Below are positions 61,727 to 64,000 of a stretch of DNA of 64,000 nt, piece after piece. This DNA comes from Aureliella sp. (GTDB taxonomy: Bacteria; Planctomycetota; Planctomycetia; Pirellulales; Pirellulaceae), in NCBI GenBank assembly GCA_963691875.1, contig OY829846.1, positions 96,001 through 160,000 of the forward strand, written 5' to 3'. The position numbers were made by a program, and so were the translations under genes. The stretch's first letter is position 1. The number at the start of each line of letters is the position of its first letter. Under the pieces are notes generated by a model, which was not told where the DNA came from, did not search any database, and was given only the letters and a program-made list of their open reading frames with translations.

Positions 61727-61785
61727 GCGTTTTTCCTTCGGGTTATTTGTGGTAAATTTCCCGCTACAAGAAAAAAGGGCTGGAA

Positions 61786-62070
61786 ATGTCATCTTCTAAG
61801 ATCAACGCACTGTACGAAAAAGCCTGCAGCAATGCTGGCTTCTATGCGAACAACTCGCTTGCAGAGGCGAAAGACTTCCATGCTGCAGCGACCGAATTGC
61901 TTATTCGCCGTCCAGAAGAGGTCGTAATCGATGGAAACAGGACGAAGTTCGATGCAGCAAGCATGCGAAAGCTGCTCGATAAAGCAGAGAGTTTCATTGC
62001 ATCGAATGATGCGAAGATCAGCGGCAGTCCTGAAACACATATCTACAGCATGAATGACGTGAGGAGCTAG
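61786..62070 (+). CDS. Small protein in the gpW head-completion position
   Basis: 94 aa between terminase and portal. Confidence 0.6.
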   Translation: MSSSKINALYEKACSNAGFYANNSLAEAKDFHAAATELLIRRPEEVVIDGNRTKFDAASMRKLLDKAESFIASNDAKISGSPETHIYSMNDVRS

Positions 62071-62071
62071 G

Positions 62072-63664
62072 ATGCCGCGCAGAGATAGCCCTCAAAACTT
62101 AGCAGAAGTTTACCAAGACCTGCGGAACGACTTCCGCGCGGCCGACCAGACTCGGTTCACGCCTCGGATGAAAGGTGTCCGAGGTACCGGCTCAGGCGCG
62201 GACTATCACTACCGTGTTGAGTCGAAGTATCTCCGCATGGTCGAGAGAGCTCGTCACTTCGAGCGGAACGACCCAGTTGTAGGACAGGGTATCACTAGAC
62301 TTGTCGCAAACGTCATGCAGCAAGGATTCACACCTGATCCACAAACAGGTGATACCGACCTGGACAGTGCGCTGAAGGAAGAGTTCAACGCCTGGGCTAA
62401 CGATGCTGATGAATGCCACAGCGAGAAAGAACTGCACTTCAAGCAAATTGAGAAGCTTGTTTTGCGATCAGCAATCCGTGATGGTGATATCTTTTCGTTC
62501 CTCCGCAAGGATGGCTCCGTTCAGTTAGTAGAAGGGCACCGGGTAAGAACACCCTTCAACACCAAACGCAATGTCGTAAACGGCATTCTTTTGGACGATG
62601 ACGCAGTCAGGCAGGAGGTGTGGGTCGCCAAAGAAGAGATTGGTACTCAGACGACCGTTCACCGAGTCAAGGATGTGCATCGCAGGAGGATCAGAGACGA
62701 GGATGGGAACAAGGTCATCCTGCAGACGTTCTTTCCTGACCGGAGCTCGCAACGTCGGGGAATCACTGCTTTAGCCCCCTGCTCTGACATTGTCGGGATG
62801 CACGATGATCTGCAGTTCACGACTCTGGTTAAAGCTCAAATGGCATCGTTGCTTGTTTTGCTGCAAGAGCGAGACGGAACTGCAGCGGGTAACGGACGTG
62901 GTCCAAATCTCGGCACACAAAGCGGATCAGGCGAGACGCAGACAGATGACAACGGGTTCATCAAACAGATCTCCGGACTGCAAGCAGGCTTGCACGTTCG
63001 CCCTCCCAAGGGTGAGACAATCAAAGGCTTTGCGCCAAACATCCCGAACCCAGAGTTCTTTCCTCATACGATGCTGCTGTTGACCTTTGTCAGTATCAAC
63101 CTGGATCTGCCGTTACAGGTTCTACTGCTTGACCCTCAGAAGAGCAGCTTCAGTTCTTGGCGAGGTGCTATCGATCAAGCACGAGTTCGCTACCGAGAGA
63201 TTCAGTCGGACTACACAAAACAATGGCATGTGCCAATTTGGAAATGGAGAGCACGAAGAGCCTATGATGCCTCACCAGCCATCCGGCAGATGGTGGATAG
63301 GAACCCTCGCTGGTTAGTGCATCAGTGGAAACCTCCTTCCTTTCCGTACATTGAGCCTCATAAGGATGCACAGGCAGATGCACTGCAACAGGACCGTTTC
63401 CTAAGCAGCCCACGTCGTATCCACGGCAGAAAAGGCGATGAATATGAAGAGATTGTTGCGGAGATCATCGCGGATAGGAAACTGCTGATCGTCGGAGCAC
63501 TCGAAGCGACTCGCGAGATCAATGAGAAATACGAAGAAGCGAACCTGAGTTTCCGGGACTTCCTATCTGAAGACCTTGGAGCGAAGCCCAGAAGTCCGGT
63601 CAATCTTGACCGTCAGGAAGAGAACGGTGAGCAACCTGTCAATGTTCCAGCAGGAGCTGAGTAG
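62072..63664 (+). CDS. Lambda-family portal protein
   Basis: R..ERND, RDGD, Q.RGIT.LAP, SFSSWR, W.PP...YIEP.KDA.A. Confidence 0.92.
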   Translation: MPRRDSPQNLAEVYQDLRNDFRAADQTRFTPRMKGVRGTGSGADYHYRVESKYLRMVERARHFERNDPVVGQGITRLVANVMQQGFTPDPQTGDTDLDSALKEEFNAWANDADECHSEKELHFKQIEKLVLRSAIRDGDIFSFLRKDGSVQLVEGHRVRTPFNTKRNVVNGILLDDDAVRQEVWVAKEEIGTQTTVHRVKDVHRRRIRDEDGNKVILQTFFPDRSSQRRGITALAPCSDIVGMHDDLQFTTLVKAQMASLLVLLQERDGTAAGNGRGPNLGTQSGSGETQTDDNGFIKQISGLQAGLHVRPPKGETIKGFAPNIPNPEFFPHTMLLLTFVSINLDLPLQVLLLDPQKSSFSSWRGAIDQARVRYREIQSDYTKQWHVPIWKWRARRAYDASPAIRQMVDRNPRWLVHQWKPPSFPYIEPHKDAQADALQQDRFLSSPRRIHGRKGDEYEEIVAEIIADRKLLIVGALEATREINEKYEEANLSFRDFLSEDLGAKPRSPVNLDRQEENGEQPVNVPAGAE

Positions 63665-64000
63665 TGCCAGGTGCAAAGGGCATTGAAGCAGGTAAAGCGT
63701 ACGTCTTGGTCGAGCTTCGTGAGAACATCGACCGGGGAATAGCACAACTGCGCAATCGCATGAAGCTAGTTTCAAAGGAACTAGTGGCGAACGGTAAAGC
63801 GATTGCAGGAGTAGGGATCGCAGCAACCGGTGTCTTCGCAGGGCTCGCGAAAGCATTGTCTGCCCCGATCCGTGTTGCAGCAAACATTCAAAAGACAACA
63901 GCAGAGTTCACCGCTCTCACCAGATCAGCACAGCAAGCTCGGGCGGTCATTGCCAACTTGCGAATGTTCGCTGCGCGGACTCCGCTTCAATTCGAAGGAC
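63664..64000 (+). CDS. Tape measure protein, N-terminus (runs off the window)
   Basis: GTG overlapping the portal TAG; MPGAKGIEAGKAYVLVEL..AANIQKTTAEFTAL..FAARTPLQFE; open to the window end, absent from the ORF track. Confidence 0.75.
   Translation, partial: MPGAKGIEAGKAYVLVELRENIDRGIAQLRNRMKLVSKELVANGKAIAGVGIAATGVFAGLAKALSAPIRVAANIQKTTAEFTALTRSAQQARAVIANLRMFAARTPLQFEG

Overview
Bacterial chromosome window that looks planctomycetal (Tat-signal Gfo/Idh/MocA, PmoA/DUF6807, CE15 esterase, GYF_2, PEP-CTERM); taxonomy is inferred, not tested. It has three parts. (1) 1-17.3 kb: ordinary host metabolic genes. (2) 17.5-28.1 kb: an accessory zone with small cassette-like genes, attC-like hairpins, IS481 and IS3 remnants, and a two-gene membrane+secreted module that recurs inside the prophage. 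(3) 28.2 kb to the window end: a prophage that starts right after a tRNA-Pro(GGG) gene broken just past its anticodon loop. The prophage encodes integrase/excisionase, a PolA-DUF2815-DUF2800 replication module, VRR-NUC, SNF2 helicase, DNA methyltransferase, primase-helicase, CsrA, thermonuclease, a five-member paralog family, a helical protein/MoxR-AAA/metallopeptidase-vWA triad, gpA-type terminase, portal and the start of a tape measure gene. Its non-coding DNA is highly structured: an iteron-like origin, a 14-bp near-palindrome at about a dozen intergenic sites, an 11-unit higher-order tandem array next to a cosQ/cosN-like site, and an attenuator-like leader. All family assignments come from motif recognition by eye; no searches were run.
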